Both the position numbers and the translations under genes were made by a program. A stretch of DNA of 63,796 bases. Source: Kiritimatiellia bacterium. Its GTDB lineage: Bacteria > Verrucomicrobiota > Kiritimatiellia > CAIKKV01. The stretch covers positions 1-63,796 of the forward strand of contig JBIIYJ010000003.1 of the NCBI GenBank assembly GCA_044346855.1, written 5' to 3'. Under the pieces are notes generated by a model that saw only the letters and a list, made by a program, of their open reading frames with translations, had not been told where the DNA came from and did not search any database. Numbering within the stretch: position 1 is the stretch's first letter; every line of letters begins with the position of its first letter. Below, piece after piece: positions 26,536 through 35,459 of the stretch.

Positions 26536-27579
26536 ATGAAAGCCGCCATTATCGGATATGCCCAGTCCGGGAAGAAGACCCTTTTCAAGCTGCTGACCAA
26601 CCGTGACGTGCCCGCGGGCCGCCGCGAGGATGAGGCCGTGGAAGGCGCGGCGCCCGTGTTTGACGCGCGCGTCGAAAAACTTTCGGAAATCTGCAAGCCG
26701 CAGCGGACCAAGTTCGCCGAGACCGTCATGGTCCTGTGCCCCGACGTGCCCGAGGGGGGGAAGGGGACCTGGATGGAAGCCGCCCGCAAGTGCGACCTGC
26801 TGTGCGTGGTGCTGCGCGCCTTTTCGGCCCCCGAGGTCTTTCATCCGCGCGGCACGGTGGACGCGGAGCGGGACCGGTCCGACCTGGCCACCGAGATCGT
26901 CTTCGCCGATGTGGACATGGTCGACAAGCGCCTGGAGCGGCTGGCCAAGGAGAAGCGGGCGGGGCTGAACCCGGCCCAGCAGGCCGAGGAGAAGGCGCTG
27001 CTCAAGTGCCAGGCCGCGCTGGCCGCGGGCAAGTGGCTGCGGGACGCCGGGCTGGACGAGACCGACCTGAAGACCATCCGGACGCTGGGTTTGATGACCC
27101 TCATGCAGGTTCTCTATATTTACAACGTCGACGATTCCGGCGTCCAGGCCGCGCTGGAGGCGGAAAAGGCGGACCCGCTGGCCATCGTGGTGTCGTGCAA
27201 GATCGAGCGCGAGATCATGGCCATTGAAAACCGGGACGAGCGCAAGGCCTTCCTGAGCGAGATCGGCTTTGCCCAGTCGGGCCTGGAGCGCCTCAACACG
27301 GCCGCCTACGACGCGCTCGGGCTCATGTCGTTTTACACGGCCGGAGCGGACGAGGTGCGGGCGTGGACCATCCGCAAGGGCAGCACGGCGCCCGTGGCGG
27401 CCGGCAAGATCCACAGCGACATCGAGCGAGGGTTCATCCGGGCCGAGGTGACGAAGTTCACCGACCTGGTCGAAGCCGGCGGCGAGGCGGAGGCCAAGGC
27501 CAAGGGCAAGACGCAGGTCAAGGGCCGCGACTACGTGATCGAGGACGGCGACATCTGCCATTTCCGGTTCAGCGTCTAA
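26536..27579 (+). CDS. ychF: YchF/OLA1-type ribosome-binding ATPase (divergent G1)
   Basis: G1 IIGYAQSGKKTLF. C-terminal AWTIRKGSTAPVAAGKIHSDIERGFIRAEV...DGDICHFRFSV matches the YchF TGS-like tail. Confidence 0.8.
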   Translation: MKAAIIGYAQSGKKTLFKLLTNRDVPAGRREDEAVEGAAPVFDARVEKLSEICKPQRTKFAETVMVLCPDVPEGGKGTWMEAARKCDLLCVVLRAFSAPEVFHPRGTVDAERDRSDLATEIVFADVDMVDKRLERLAKEKRAGLNPAQQAEEKALLKCQAALAAGKWLRDAGLDETDLKTIRTLGLMTLMQVLYIYNVDDSGVQAALEAEKADPLAIVVSCKIEREIMAIENRDERKAFLSEIGFAQSGLERLNTAAYDALGLMSFYTAGADEVRAWTIRKGSTAPVAAGKIHSDIERGFIRAEVTKFTDLVEAGGEAEAKAKGKTQVKGRDYVIEDGDICHFRFSV

Positions 27580-27880
27580 GGGCCTTTCCAGGCCGTGCTC
27601 CCGCAGCGGGGTCGGGCCGGCCGGCTTTTTCGATCCGGCGGTTCCGGGCGAAGAGGATGATATCGGCGCCGACCATGAAGGCGTTCAGGGCGTAGAGGCA
27701 GATGACCAGGTCGCGGCTATGCTGCCACTTGTGGATCACGCCCGACAGGTACCCGATGAAGACGATGATCAGGAAGCCCAGGCTTTTGCCGCCTGTCTGG
27801 CGCGAGCGCCAGGACTTGGCGAGGGCGAAGGGCCAGGCGGACCCGAAGCAGACCAGCATGATAATTTCGAAAATGCTCAT
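27569..27880 (-). CDS. Small 3-TM membrane protein (PQ-loop / SemiSWEET-like topology)
   Basis: TM1 plus WPFALAKSWRSRQTGGKSL, then TM2 and TM3, resembling the PQ-loop arrangement. The ATG overlaps the stop of the upstream mscS-like gene (ATGA). Confidence 0.4.
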   Translation of the reverse strand: MSIFEIIMLVCFGSAWPFALAKSWRSRQTGGKSLGFLIIVFIGYLSGVIHKWQHSRDLVICLYALNAFMVGADIILFARNRRIEKAGRPDPAAGARPGKALRR

Positions 27881-29457
27881 GTCAGTCCGAAGAAGTTAAG
27901 AATTTTTGTCATGAACTGGTGTCCCTTTTGTGTTCCGTTGGTCGGTCCGGCCGGCGTAGCCGCGCCCGCCGAAGCGGTTTGACGGGCCAGGTCCCGCTCG
28001 CCCAGCACGCGGCCCAGATACTCAGCCAGGTCGGGCCTGGCCTTGAGGATTCCCGCAAACGACTCCTTGCCGAGTTCCGCCACCGTCGTGTCGGCCAGCG
28101 CCGTCACGGTGGCCGAGCGGCCCTCGCCCGTGAGCAGCGAGCGTTCCCCGAAGAAGTGGCCGGCGGGCAGGGTGTTCACCTTCACCCGCTGGCGGTCCTT
28201 CTGGTCCACGAAAACGCCCACCTCGCCGTGCTCGATGACGAAGAGGGAGGCGCCCTCGTCGCCCTGGTGGACGATCACCTCGCCCGCGGCGAAAATCCGC
28301 ACCCGGCAGGCGGCGGCCAGCGTGAGGCGCTCGGCGTCCGTGAGGGGCGAGAAGAGGTCGTTGCCCGCGAGCAGCCGGGCGATGGCGGCGTGGCCGTCCT
28401 TTTCGACGGCTTCCTCGTGCTCCCGCGTGATCCGGCGTTCGCGGACGTCGCGGATGGGGTAGGGGATCGCGATGTCGGCCCGCTTGAAGCGGTACCAGAT
28501 GAGATTCATGAGGTCGGCGCGGATGTCGTCGAGCCGCTCGTAGTCGTGGATGTAGAAGAGGATGTCGTAGACGACGGCGGAGTCGGCATAATTCACGACC
28601 CGGATCTTGGGGGCCGGCGAGGCGTCGATGCCCGGCACGTCCCGAATGGCGTTCAGCAGCACCTCGCGCACGCGGTTGGGCGGCACGTCGTAGCTGACGC
28701 CGACCTGGAGGATCGTGCGCAGCTCCGGGGTGGGGCGGGAGAAGTTGATGAGGGTTTCTTTCGAGAGTGTGGAGTTGGGGACGATGACGTCCTCCAGGTT
28801 CTTGGTCCGCAGCCGGGTGGAGCGCCAGGTGATGTCCGTGACTTTCCCGATCCGGTCGCCGACCGAGACCCAGTCGCCGATGCTGAAGGAGTTTTCCGAA
28901 TTGAGCGCCAGGCCGGCCACCAGGTTGCCGAGGGTGTCCTGCGTGGCGTTGCCGACCACGTAGCCGACGATGATGGAGGAGACGGCCAGGACGTTGAAGT
29001 TGACGGCGGGGAAGAAGCCCTTGATGACGAGGAGCAGCACGAGGGCGGTTAGCAGGGCGCGGGCGATGTCGCGCAGCACCACGGGGACGGGCTTGCGGCC
29101 GGCGCGGGCGAAGAGGATCTCGAAGAGGACGATCTCGCCCGTCCGCATGAACACGACGATGAGGAAGAAGACGACGGCGGACCAGAGCAGGCGGGGCGCC
29201 TGGGCGAAGACGGCGCCGAGGGTGGCGCCGAGAAACAGCTGCAGGATGCAGGCCAGGCCGAGCAGGTTCAGTCCGACCGAGACCCGCCCGAGCCCCCGGT
29301 TGCGGACGAGGCGGAGCAGAACGAGGAGGGCCAGGTAGGCGGCCACCGCCATCAGGACGTGGGGCACGGCCTCGCGGAGGAACGCGGCGGAGCCGAGGCG
29401 CTCGAGCTTCAAGGCCAGGGCTTCCGCGGCGACGGCGGGAACGGCGTTGGTCGTCAT
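27877..29457 (-). CDS. MscS-family mechanosensitive channel fused to a C-terminal cyclic-nucleotide-binding domain
   Basis: Start MTTNAVPAV at ATG 29457. MscS core GNLVAGLALNSENSFSIGDWV...GKVTDITWRSTRLRT. cNMP domain FGERSLLTGEGRSATVTA. The first 596 aa of track ORF 27877..31245 are a Pro/Arg-rich out-of-frame artefact. Confidence 0.85.
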   Translation of the reverse strand: MTTNAVPAVAAEALALKLERLGSAAFLREAVPHVLMAVAAYLALLVLLRLVRNRGLGRVSVGLNLLGLACILQLFLGATLGAVFAQAPRLLWSAVVFFLIVVFMRTGEIVLFEILFARAGRKPVPVVLRDIARALLTALVLLLVIKGFFPAVNFNVLAVSSIIVGYVVGNATQDTLGNLVAGLALNSENSFSIGDWVSVGDRIGKVTDITWRSTRLRTKNLEDVIVPNSTLSKETLINFSRPTPELRTILQVGVSYDVPPNRVREVLLNAIRDVPGIDASPAPKIRVVNYADSAVVYDILFYIHDYERLDDIRADLMNLIWYRFKRADIAIPYPIRDVRERRITREHEEAVEKDGHAAIARLLAGNDLFSPLTDAERLTLAAACRVRIFAAGEVIVHQGDEGASLFVIEHGEVGVFVDQKDRQRVKVNTLPAGHFFGERSLLTGEGRSATVTALADTTVAELGKESFAGILKARPDLAEYLGRVLGERDLARQTASAGAATPAGPTNGTQKGHQFMTKILNFFGLT

Positions 29458-31217
29458 GGGGGGGACGTCCTTTCCGGCAGGTCTAACGGTTTTGGGAACA
29501 TGACATAGCAGGGGATGGCGAGGGCCTGGAGGGCGGCTTTCCGGTCGGGGGCCCGGAGCAGGGCCCAGACGGCGGCGGGGCCGAGGTCGGGCGGGGGCAG
29601 GGAGCCGGAGCGGACGGCCTTGTAGCGCTCGGGCGGGAAGAGGGCCGCGTCCGGGCCGGCGCAGATCACGGGGCGGCGGGAGGCTTTGCTCAGGTAGGCG
29701 GAAAGGCTGATGCGTTCGACCGAGACGTCGCCGCCCGAGACGAGGCGGACCTGGCTGGCGTATTTTTCCTTGTAGCAGTTGGATTGGTCCAGGGGGAGGC
29801 CGGCCTGGAGCGGAAAGTAGACGCGGGTGAAGCCGTTGCGCCGGAGGGTCCGGGTCAGGGCGTAAGCGGGGGATGACGGGAAGGCCGGGCGGACCAGCAG
29901 GAAGGCGGTCCAGAGGAGGCCGAATGCGCCCAGGGCCAGCAGGACGGGGCGGGCGGCGGGGGCGAGGCGGCCAAGGCCGAACCCGATCCCGGCGGCCAGC
30001 AGGACTGTCGCGGCGGCGGCGGCGGCGAGGCGGGTCCGGTCCAGGGAGAGGGCGACGAGGAGCAGGGCGGCGGCCAGGAGGGGGAGCAGGGCGAGGCCGG
30101 CGCGGAGGGTGCGGTGCAGGAGGCGAGCCACGGCCGGCTGGTCGAGGGCCGGCTGGAGGAGCGCGGCGGCGGCTGCCGCCAGCAGGGGGTAGGCGGGGAG
30201 GAGGTAGCGGGTCCGGGTGAGGTTGGCGGGGGAGAAGACGATCAGCAGGACGGCATACCAGGCCACGACGAAGAGGAAGGAGGCGGCCTGCCCGCGCCGG
30301 ACGTCCGCGAGGCGGGGGCGGGCGGCAACCAGGGCGCCGGCCAGGAGGAGGGACCAGGGGAAGAAGGGGAGGGCCAGGCCGAGGGTGTAGCGGTACAGGT
30401 TGGCCAGCACGCTTCCCGCCGTGTTGGAGACGCGGTTGCCCACCTGGTCGTGGAAAAAGCCTTGAAGGGCCAGGTCGCCGTGCTTGATCGTGACGGCGAC
30501 GAACCACGAGAGGGCCAGCACGAGGCAGGCGAGGATGGGCAGCGGCTGGAGCAGGGCGCGGAGGCGGGCGCGGCGGTCCGGCCGGCACAGGGCGAAGATC
30601 AGCACGAAGCCGAGCAGCAGGAGGCCCAGCAGGCCCTTGGAGGCCACGGCCAGGCCGGCTCCGGTGTAGGCGAGCCAGGCGTCGGAGCGCCGGGGTTCGC
30701 CGAGCAGCAGGCCGGCGAAGCCATAGAGGCTTGCCAGGGAGAAGAGGCAGAGAAAGACGTCGGGCGTGGCGCGCATGGAGGCGGTGATCAGCGCGATGTT
30801 GCTCGCGAGGATCAGCATGGCCAGCCAGGCGGCGGCCTCGGACTTGAAGAGCCGGAGGGTCAGCTTGCGCGTGAGCAGGAGGATGAGCAGGCCGGCCGCC
30901 AGCGAGGCGAGGCGGGAGCTGAGGACGGAGATGCCGGCGAGGCGGAAGCCGCCCAGGATCATCCAATAGGAAAGCACCGGCTTGTTGAAGCGAAGGGCCC
31001 CGTCGGCGTAGGTGGGCGTCAGGTATTGGCCGGTTTTCGTCATCCGGAGCGCGCTGTCGGTGTAGAAATGCTCGTCGCCGAAAAAGTAGGCATTGTAGTC
31101 GGGCATGATGGTCAGCAGCCCCCCCGCGAACACGGCCAGCAGGAGGGGGATTGCCCAGCGCGGGAGAAAGGGTGTGTTGATCGCTGTTTCGGCATTCATG
31201 ATGATCCGGCCCATCAT
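29454..31217 (-). CDS. ArnT/PMT-like (GT83/GT39-type) polytopic membrane glycosyltransferase
   Basis: More than 10 predicted TM segments. N-terminal loop YFFGDEHFYTDSALRMTKTGQYLTPTY...FNKPVLSYW is typical of dolichyl/undecaprenyl-phosphate-sugar transferases. Confidence 0.7.
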   Translation of the reverse strand: MMGRIIMNAETAINTPFLPRWAIPLLLAVFAGGLLTIMPDYNAYFFGDEHFYTDSALRMTKTGQYLTPTYADGALRFNKPVLSYWMILGGFRLAGISVLSSRLASLAAGLLILLLTRKLTLRLFKSEAAAWLAMLILASNIALITASMRATPDVFLCLFSLASLYGFAGLLLGEPRRSDAWLAYTGAGLAVASKGLLGLLLLGFVLIFALCRPDRRARLRALLQPLPILACLVLALSWFVAVTIKHGDLALQGFFHDQVGNRVSNTAGSVLANLYRYTLGLALPFFPWSLLLAGALVAARPRLADVRRGQAASFLFVVAWYAVLLIVFSPANLTRTRYLLPAYPLLAAAAAALLQPALDQPAVARLLHRTLRAGLALLPLLAAALLLVALSLDRTRLAAAAAATVLLAAGIGFGLGRLAPAARPVLLALGAFGLLWTAFLLVRPAFPSSPAYALTRTLRRNGFTRVYFPLQAGLPLDQSNCYKEKYASQVRLVSGGDVSVERISLSAYLSKASRRPVICAGPDAALFPPERYKAVRSGSLPPPDLGPAAVWALLRAPDRKAALQALAIPCYVMFPKPLDLPERTSPP

Positions 31218-31307
31218 ATCGGAAGCTCCTGCAAATGGAAAGCATTTCGCTTTTCGTTGCGGAACGGGGGCCGGATGGGCTAGGATTTGCGCAAACGGAG
31301 AAGACTT

Positions 31308-31802
31308 ATGAACCTGTTGACATGGAGCGCGGCGCTTGCCGCCGGACTCGGCATGGGGTTGACGGCGGTCCTGGCCCAGGACACGAACGCGCCGGCAGCC
31401 GCGGCGGCCACCCAGGTTGTGGCGGCGGCTGCCGCTACCGCGCCGGAGAGCTGGACGGGTTTTGTGCGGACGCTGAAGGATCCCAAGGGCGACCTGCGCG
31501 CGGTGAAACTGGTGGCGGACGACAGGCTGCTGGCCGTGGATCTGACCCCCAAGGGGCGCGAGCTGGGGCAGATGCCGAAAACGCTGAAGCTGCAGGTGTC
31601 GGGTTCGCTGGAGGAGCGGGACGGCCGGCCCTGGCTGATCGTGACCGATTTCAAGGAAGCGCCCGCCGTGGCTCCGGAGCCTGCCCCGACGCCCGTTCCC
31701 GAGGCCGCCGCCCCTTCCACGAACGCCCCGGCTGCCGCGCCGGCCTCCACCAATGCCCCGGCTCCGGACGCCGCGGTTACCAATGCCCCCGCGGTGCCGT
31801 GA
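31308..31802 (+). CDS. Exported Ala/Pro-rich protein, unknown function
   Basis: ATG 31308 follows a GGAGA SD. Signal peptide MNLLTWSAALAAGLGMGLTAVLA. C-terminal (S/V)TNAPA repeats. Confidence 0.5.
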   Translation: MNLLTWSAALAAGLGMGLTAVLAQDTNAPAAAAATQVVAAAAATAPESWTGFVRTLKDPKGDLRAVKLVADDRLLAVDLTPKGRELGQMPKTLKLQVSGSLEERDGRPWLIVTDFKEAPAVAPEPAPTPVPEAAAPSTNAPAAAPASTNAPAPDAAVTNAPAVP

Positions 31803-31811
31803 GGCAGCCGG

Positions 31812-31978
31812 AGAAGGGTTCAGGGTTCAGGGTTCGGGGGGCAGGGGGAAGAGAAGGGTTCAGGGTTCAGGGGTCAGCGGTTTTAAGAGATAGGACCTAT
31901 AGGGCCTATAGGACCTATTGTTGAACCCCGCCCCCTGAACCCCGCCCCCTGAACCCCGAACCCTGAACCCCGAACCCT
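31812..31978. repeat. Intergenic spacer built from heptamer arrays (GGGTTCA / TGAACCC) in inverted orientation around (ATAGGNCCT)x3
   Basis: The left arm is 2 x GAGAA(GGGTTCA)2GGGKTCR. The centre is ataggacct atagggcct ataggacct (31890-31916). The right arm is 8 in-phase heptamers YGMMCCC (31922-31977). The spacer sits between convergent stop codons. Confidence 0.95.
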
Positions 31979-31980
31979 GG

Positions 31981-33000
31981 TCACTGCGCCCTCTGCCTCG
32001 AAAGCCGCCCGGCCTCATCGGCGTATTCGCGGAAAAGGCGGATGTAGAGTTTGTAGTCCTCGTAGGAGACGCCGGGCGGGGTCTGGTGATCGCATGAGAT
32101 CAGGAATCCGCCCTTTGCCGCGGCGGGCACGAGTCGTTCGAATTCCTTGCGCATGGCGGCCTCGCCCTTGTTCATCACCATTTTATCGTATTGGCCGATG
32201 AAGCGCATGGTCGGGTGATCCGCCCGCAGGCGGTTGATATCCACGCCGGCCTGTCGTTCGAGCGGCAGGATGCCCTCCACGCCGGCCTCCTCGAACCAGG
32301 CGGCGGGCTCGGTGATGTCGCCGTCGGAATCGACCAGGATCAGGGTGCCTTTTTTCTTGAGAATGGGGCAGAGCTGGCGGTAGTAGGGCGCCAGGAAGGT
32401 CTCGAACAGGTCGTGGGAGAGCAGCGAGCCGTTGTTGTAGCTCATGTCCTCGGCGAAGGTCATGAAATCCGGGGTGCAGATGGAGAAGATCTCCTCGAAC
32501 ACGTCCCGGATCCATTCGGTCAGGTCCTCGTTGATCCGGGTGATGAGGGCGGGATCGTCGTAGAAGGCGAAGAGGTGGGCTTCGGTGCCGAGGATGCGGC
32601 GGGGGAACCAGTAGAAGCCGTCGACGGTGAACCAGAGGACGGCCTTGCCCTCGGCCTGGAGGCGGGCGCGCTCCTCCCATTTCTTCCGGTCCACGGCGGG
32701 GCGGGGGAAGAGCTGGGGGCGGATGACCTTCTCGTAGTGCTCGCGGTTCTGCACGATGCCGATGCCGCGGGCGCCGTCGGGGGCGGGGCAGCCGGGCTTG
32801 AGCGCGCGGATCCAGTCCTGCATCTGGCGGTCCAGGCCGAAGTGGTCGTGGATGCCGTAGAAGTCCTTGGGGTCGACCGGCATGCCTTCGCGGCTCCAGC
32901 GCTGGGTGGTGTCGCCCCACCAGCTGGCCCATTCGATCAGGGGCAGCCGGTCGAAGGGTTTGAAGTTCATGGCGGCGAGGAAGCGTTCGCGCGGGGTCAC
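31981..33000 (-). CDS. URO-D-like family protein
   Basis: FAEDMSYNNGSLLSHDLFETFLAPYYRQLCPILKKKGTLILVDSDGD...FLISCDHQTPPGVSYEDY. The ATG overlaps the upstream stop (ATGA). Confidence 0.7.
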   Translation of the reverse strand: MTPRERFLAAMNFKPFDRLPLIEWASWWGDTTQRWSREGMPVDPKDFYGIHDHFGLDRQMQDWIRALKPGCPAPDGARGIGIVQNREHYEKVIRPQLFPRPAVDRKKWEERARLQAEGKAVLWFTVDGFYWFPRRILGTEAHLFAFYDDPALITRINEDLTEWIRDVFEEIFSICTPDFMTFAEDMSYNNGSLLSHDLFETFLAPYYRQLCPILKKKGTLILVDSDGDITEPAAWFEEAGVEGILPLERQAGVDINRLRADHPTMRFIGQYDKMVMNKGEAAMRKEFERLVPAAAKGGFLISCDHQTPPGVSYEDYKLYIRLFREYADEAGRLSRQRAQ

Positions 33001-34088
33001 GAGGCGCCCTCGTCCAGTCCGAGCCGGGCGGCCAGGAAGTCGTAGGCCAGGCGGCCGCTGATGGCATGGCGGCCCTCGAAGATGTCGGCCTGGAGCGCAT
33101 CGGCGGGGGCGCCCGAGGCGGCGAAGATCCGGCGGGCGGCGGCGAGGCCCTTCTTGACGGCCGGCAGGGGGAAGATGGGGTCGCGGGTCCCGGCTTCCAC
33201 CAGCATGGGGCGGGGGGCGATGAGGCCGGCGAGGTCGCTCATCTCGCCGAAGCGGCCGAGGCCGGGCACGAAGTTGCAGGGGCAGTGGTGCATGGCCAGG
33301 ATGCTGTCGCGGAAGGTGCTGAAGTAGCCGCTGACCACGCAGGCCTTGATGCGCTCGTCCAGGCAGGTGGAGAAGAAGGCGTGCATGCCGCCGCCGGAGA
33401 TGCCCATGGCCCCGATGGCGTCGGCCTTCGCCTCCCGCCGGGTCTGGAGGTAATCGATGAGCCGGCGGGCGTCGTGCAGGCGCAGGCCGAGGGCTGTGCC
33501 GCCGAGGTGGGTGGCGAGGAACGCGGTGTGGGTGCAGGTGCTGGGGATGCCCGAGCCGAGGCCCTTGTAGAGCCAGCTGAAATCGGACTGGCGTTCGCCG
33601 AAGCAGGAGATTTCGGGGGCCGCGACGACGAAGCCGCGGCGGCAGAGGGCGACGCCGAAGTCCTTGTGGTAGCCGTCGGGGGTGTTGCGCTCGTCGCCGG
33701 TTTCCCAGAGGCCCACGATGTCCTTGACGCCGTAGCCGTGGCCGTGGAGGGCGATGACGACCGGGGCGGGGCCTTTGAGCTTTTTGGGGATCAGGAGGTA
33801 GACGGGCATCAGCGAGCGGGCGGAGGTGCGGAGCAGGATTTTTTCGCGGACATAATCGCCTTTATCGGTACGTTCCAGCCGCTTGGGGGACAGGGGGGCG
33901 GGGGGGAGGCTGGTGAAACCGACGGTGTCGGCGAGGGCGGTCCGGGTGCGGGCGCGCCAGCGGGAGGCCTCGGCCGGGGTGCGGGCGGAAAAGCGGAAGG
34001 GGGCCTGGCCGGGGCGGTAGAGCGGCCAGAGGAGCGCCGCTGGCTGGAGGTTGCGCTTTTTCCTGAAATCGAGAAGGGGTGTTGACAT
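32997..34088 (-). CDS. Alpha/beta hydrolase (acetyl-xylan-esterase / dienelactone-hydrolase-like)
   Basis: Nucleophile elbow GAMGISGGG. Start at ATG 34088 (MSTPLLDF) follows an AGGAG SD. Confidence 0.65.
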   Translation of the reverse strand: MSTPLLDFRKKRNLQPAALLWPLYRPGQAPFRFSARTPAEASRWRARTRTALADTVGFTSLPPAPLSPKRLERTDKGDYVREKILLRTSARSLMPVYLLIPKKLKGPAPVVIALHGHGYGVKDIVGLWETGDERNTPDGYHKDFGVALCRRGFVVAAPEISCFGERQSDFSWLYKGLGSGIPSTCTHTAFLATHLGGTALGLRLHDARRLIDYLQTRREAKADAIGAMGISGGGMHAFFSTCLDERIKACVVSGYFSTFRDSILAMHHCPCNFVPGLGRFGEMSDLAGLIAPRPMLVEAGTRDPIFPLPAVKKGLAAARRIFAASGAPADALQADIFEGRHAISGRLAYDFLAARLGLDEGAS

Positions 34089-34164
34089 GGAAAGACTCCT
34101 GGGGCTGGGGTAAAGACCCCATACTGTAGGATGATCCGGAAGCGGAGTCAATGGCCTTAAAGCA

Positions 34165-34193
34165 TTGACACAGTTCCCCGAATGGCCGATACT
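34165..34193 (+). promoter_or_regulatory. Sigma70-like promoter TTGACA-N17-GATACT ahead of the polysaccharide-export genes
   Basis: ttgaca at 34165-34170 and gatact at 34188-34193. It lies 45 nt upstream of ATG 34238. Confidence 0.4.
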
Positions 34194-34237
34194 TCAACAA
34201 GGTAGACGTTGGGTAAATTTCAGATTTAGGAGAAAGA

Positions 34238-35440
34238 ATGAACCGAGGATCATGGATCAGCATGTTGTCGGCTCTTGTTGTGTCCGCCGCCGGCCTGGCC
34301 GGGGCGCAAGGGATTGAAAACACGCCGGAAACGGTGGTATTCTCGGTCGAGGGTAACGCGCGGTTCGATGACAACCGCGATGCCACCCGGAGCGGCAAGG
34401 AGTCGCAGGTGACGCTCCGGTTTACGCCGGGCGCCCGGCTGAATCTCGACGACAACGACACCCGCTTTTTCCTGATGTACAAGCCGTCCGGCATCTGGCG
34501 GGACAACACGCGCGACGACCAGAACGAAACCGAGCTCTATCACCTGGCCGAGGCCAACGTGGAGCACTGGGCGTCGGAGCGCCTGCGCCTGGGCGCCTTC
34601 AACCGGTTCGAGATGACGGACGATCCCAACGTGACCGCGGGGGGCGTGACGGTCCGCGAAAGCACCAGCTACTGGCTCAACCAGAGCAAGGGCTGGATGG
34701 CCTACGCGCTGAGCGAGCGGCTGCAGTATGATATTGACGGGTCCTACCTGATCAAGCGGTACGAGGACAATGACTTCGAGGATGCTGCGGACGAGAACCG
34801 CCTGGTGGTGAACACGGGCCTGCGCTACAAGCTGGAGCCCGACCTGCAGACTTTCGGCTTCGTCGGGTACGACCGGCCGACTTTTGAATCGGACGCGCGC
34901 GGCGACTACCACGGGTATCTGGCGGGTGGCGGGGTGACCCGGACGTTCAGCGATCGTCTGTCCGGCACGGTGGCGGCGGGCTACAAGCTTCTTGAGTATT
35001 CCGATGCGGATGATGACAGCGAAGGACTGCCCTTCTTCCAGTTGATCGGCGAATACCGGTTGACGTCAAATCTGCGGCTTCAGGCGCAGGCTGATTACTC
35101 CCTGGAGCCCTCGGATCGCGCCTATTATTCCTCCAAGGAATACTCACGCTTGCTGCTGAGGGGGCTTTACACGATCACAGACAGCCTGATCGCCGACGCC
35201 CAGGTGGTCTTCGCCAACGGTGCGTATGACGCCAGCACGGCGACCGAAGAGGGCGAAGCCGTTCCCGACCTGGAAGAGGGGGATGACACCCTGGTGGATT
35301 ACCAGGCCGGGTTGACGTTCCGGCCCAAGGCGCGGCGTTACTACGGTCGCGTTGCGTATGAGTACGAGGATTGGACGTCCGACGTCCGCGAATCCTTTGC
35401 TCGCAATACCGTGTCCGCGATGGTGGGCATGGAATTCTAA
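34238..35440 (+). CDS. Outer-membrane beta-barrel protein of an exopolysaccharide locus (EpsL-like)
   Basis: Signal peptide ...SAAGLAGAQG, an alternating-strand pattern, and a C-terminal ...MVGMEF with terminal Phe. Confidence 0.55.
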   Translation: MNRGSWISMLSALVVSAAGLAGAQGIENTPETVVFSVEGNARFDDNRDATRSGKESQVTLRFTPGARLNLDDNDTRFFLMYKPSGIWRDNTRDDQNETELYHLAEANVEHWASERLRLGAFNRFEMTDDPNVTAGGVTVRESTSYWLNQSKGWMAYALSERLQYDIDGSYLIKRYEDNDFEDAADENRLVVNTGLRYKLEPDLQTFGFVGYDRPTFESDARGDYHGYLAGGGVTRTFSDRLSGTVAAGYKLLEYSDADDDSEGLPFFQLIGEYRLTSNLRLQAQADYSLEPSDRAYYSSKEYSRLLLRGLYTITDSLIADAQVVFANGAYDASTATEEGEAVPDLEEGDDTLVDYQAGLTFRPKARRYYGRVAYEYEDWTSDVRESFARNTVSAMVGMEF

Positions 35441-35459
35441 ACACGGTTCAGTCGAGTTC

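Noticed and set aside
27877-31245. A single 1122-aa ORF in the track.
   Set aside because: The N-terminal ~596 aa is a Pro/Arg-rich reading of another frame across the ArnT-like gene. The MscS-like protein starts at ATG 29457, which overlaps the ArnT-like stop.
31236-31251. Sigma54-like element TGGAAAgcattTCGCT upstream of the 31308 gene.
   Set aside because: The GG/GC spacing fits, but both hexamers deviate from consensus and from the TGGCATG-N4-NTGCT variant shared by the three better sites. It is too weak to call.
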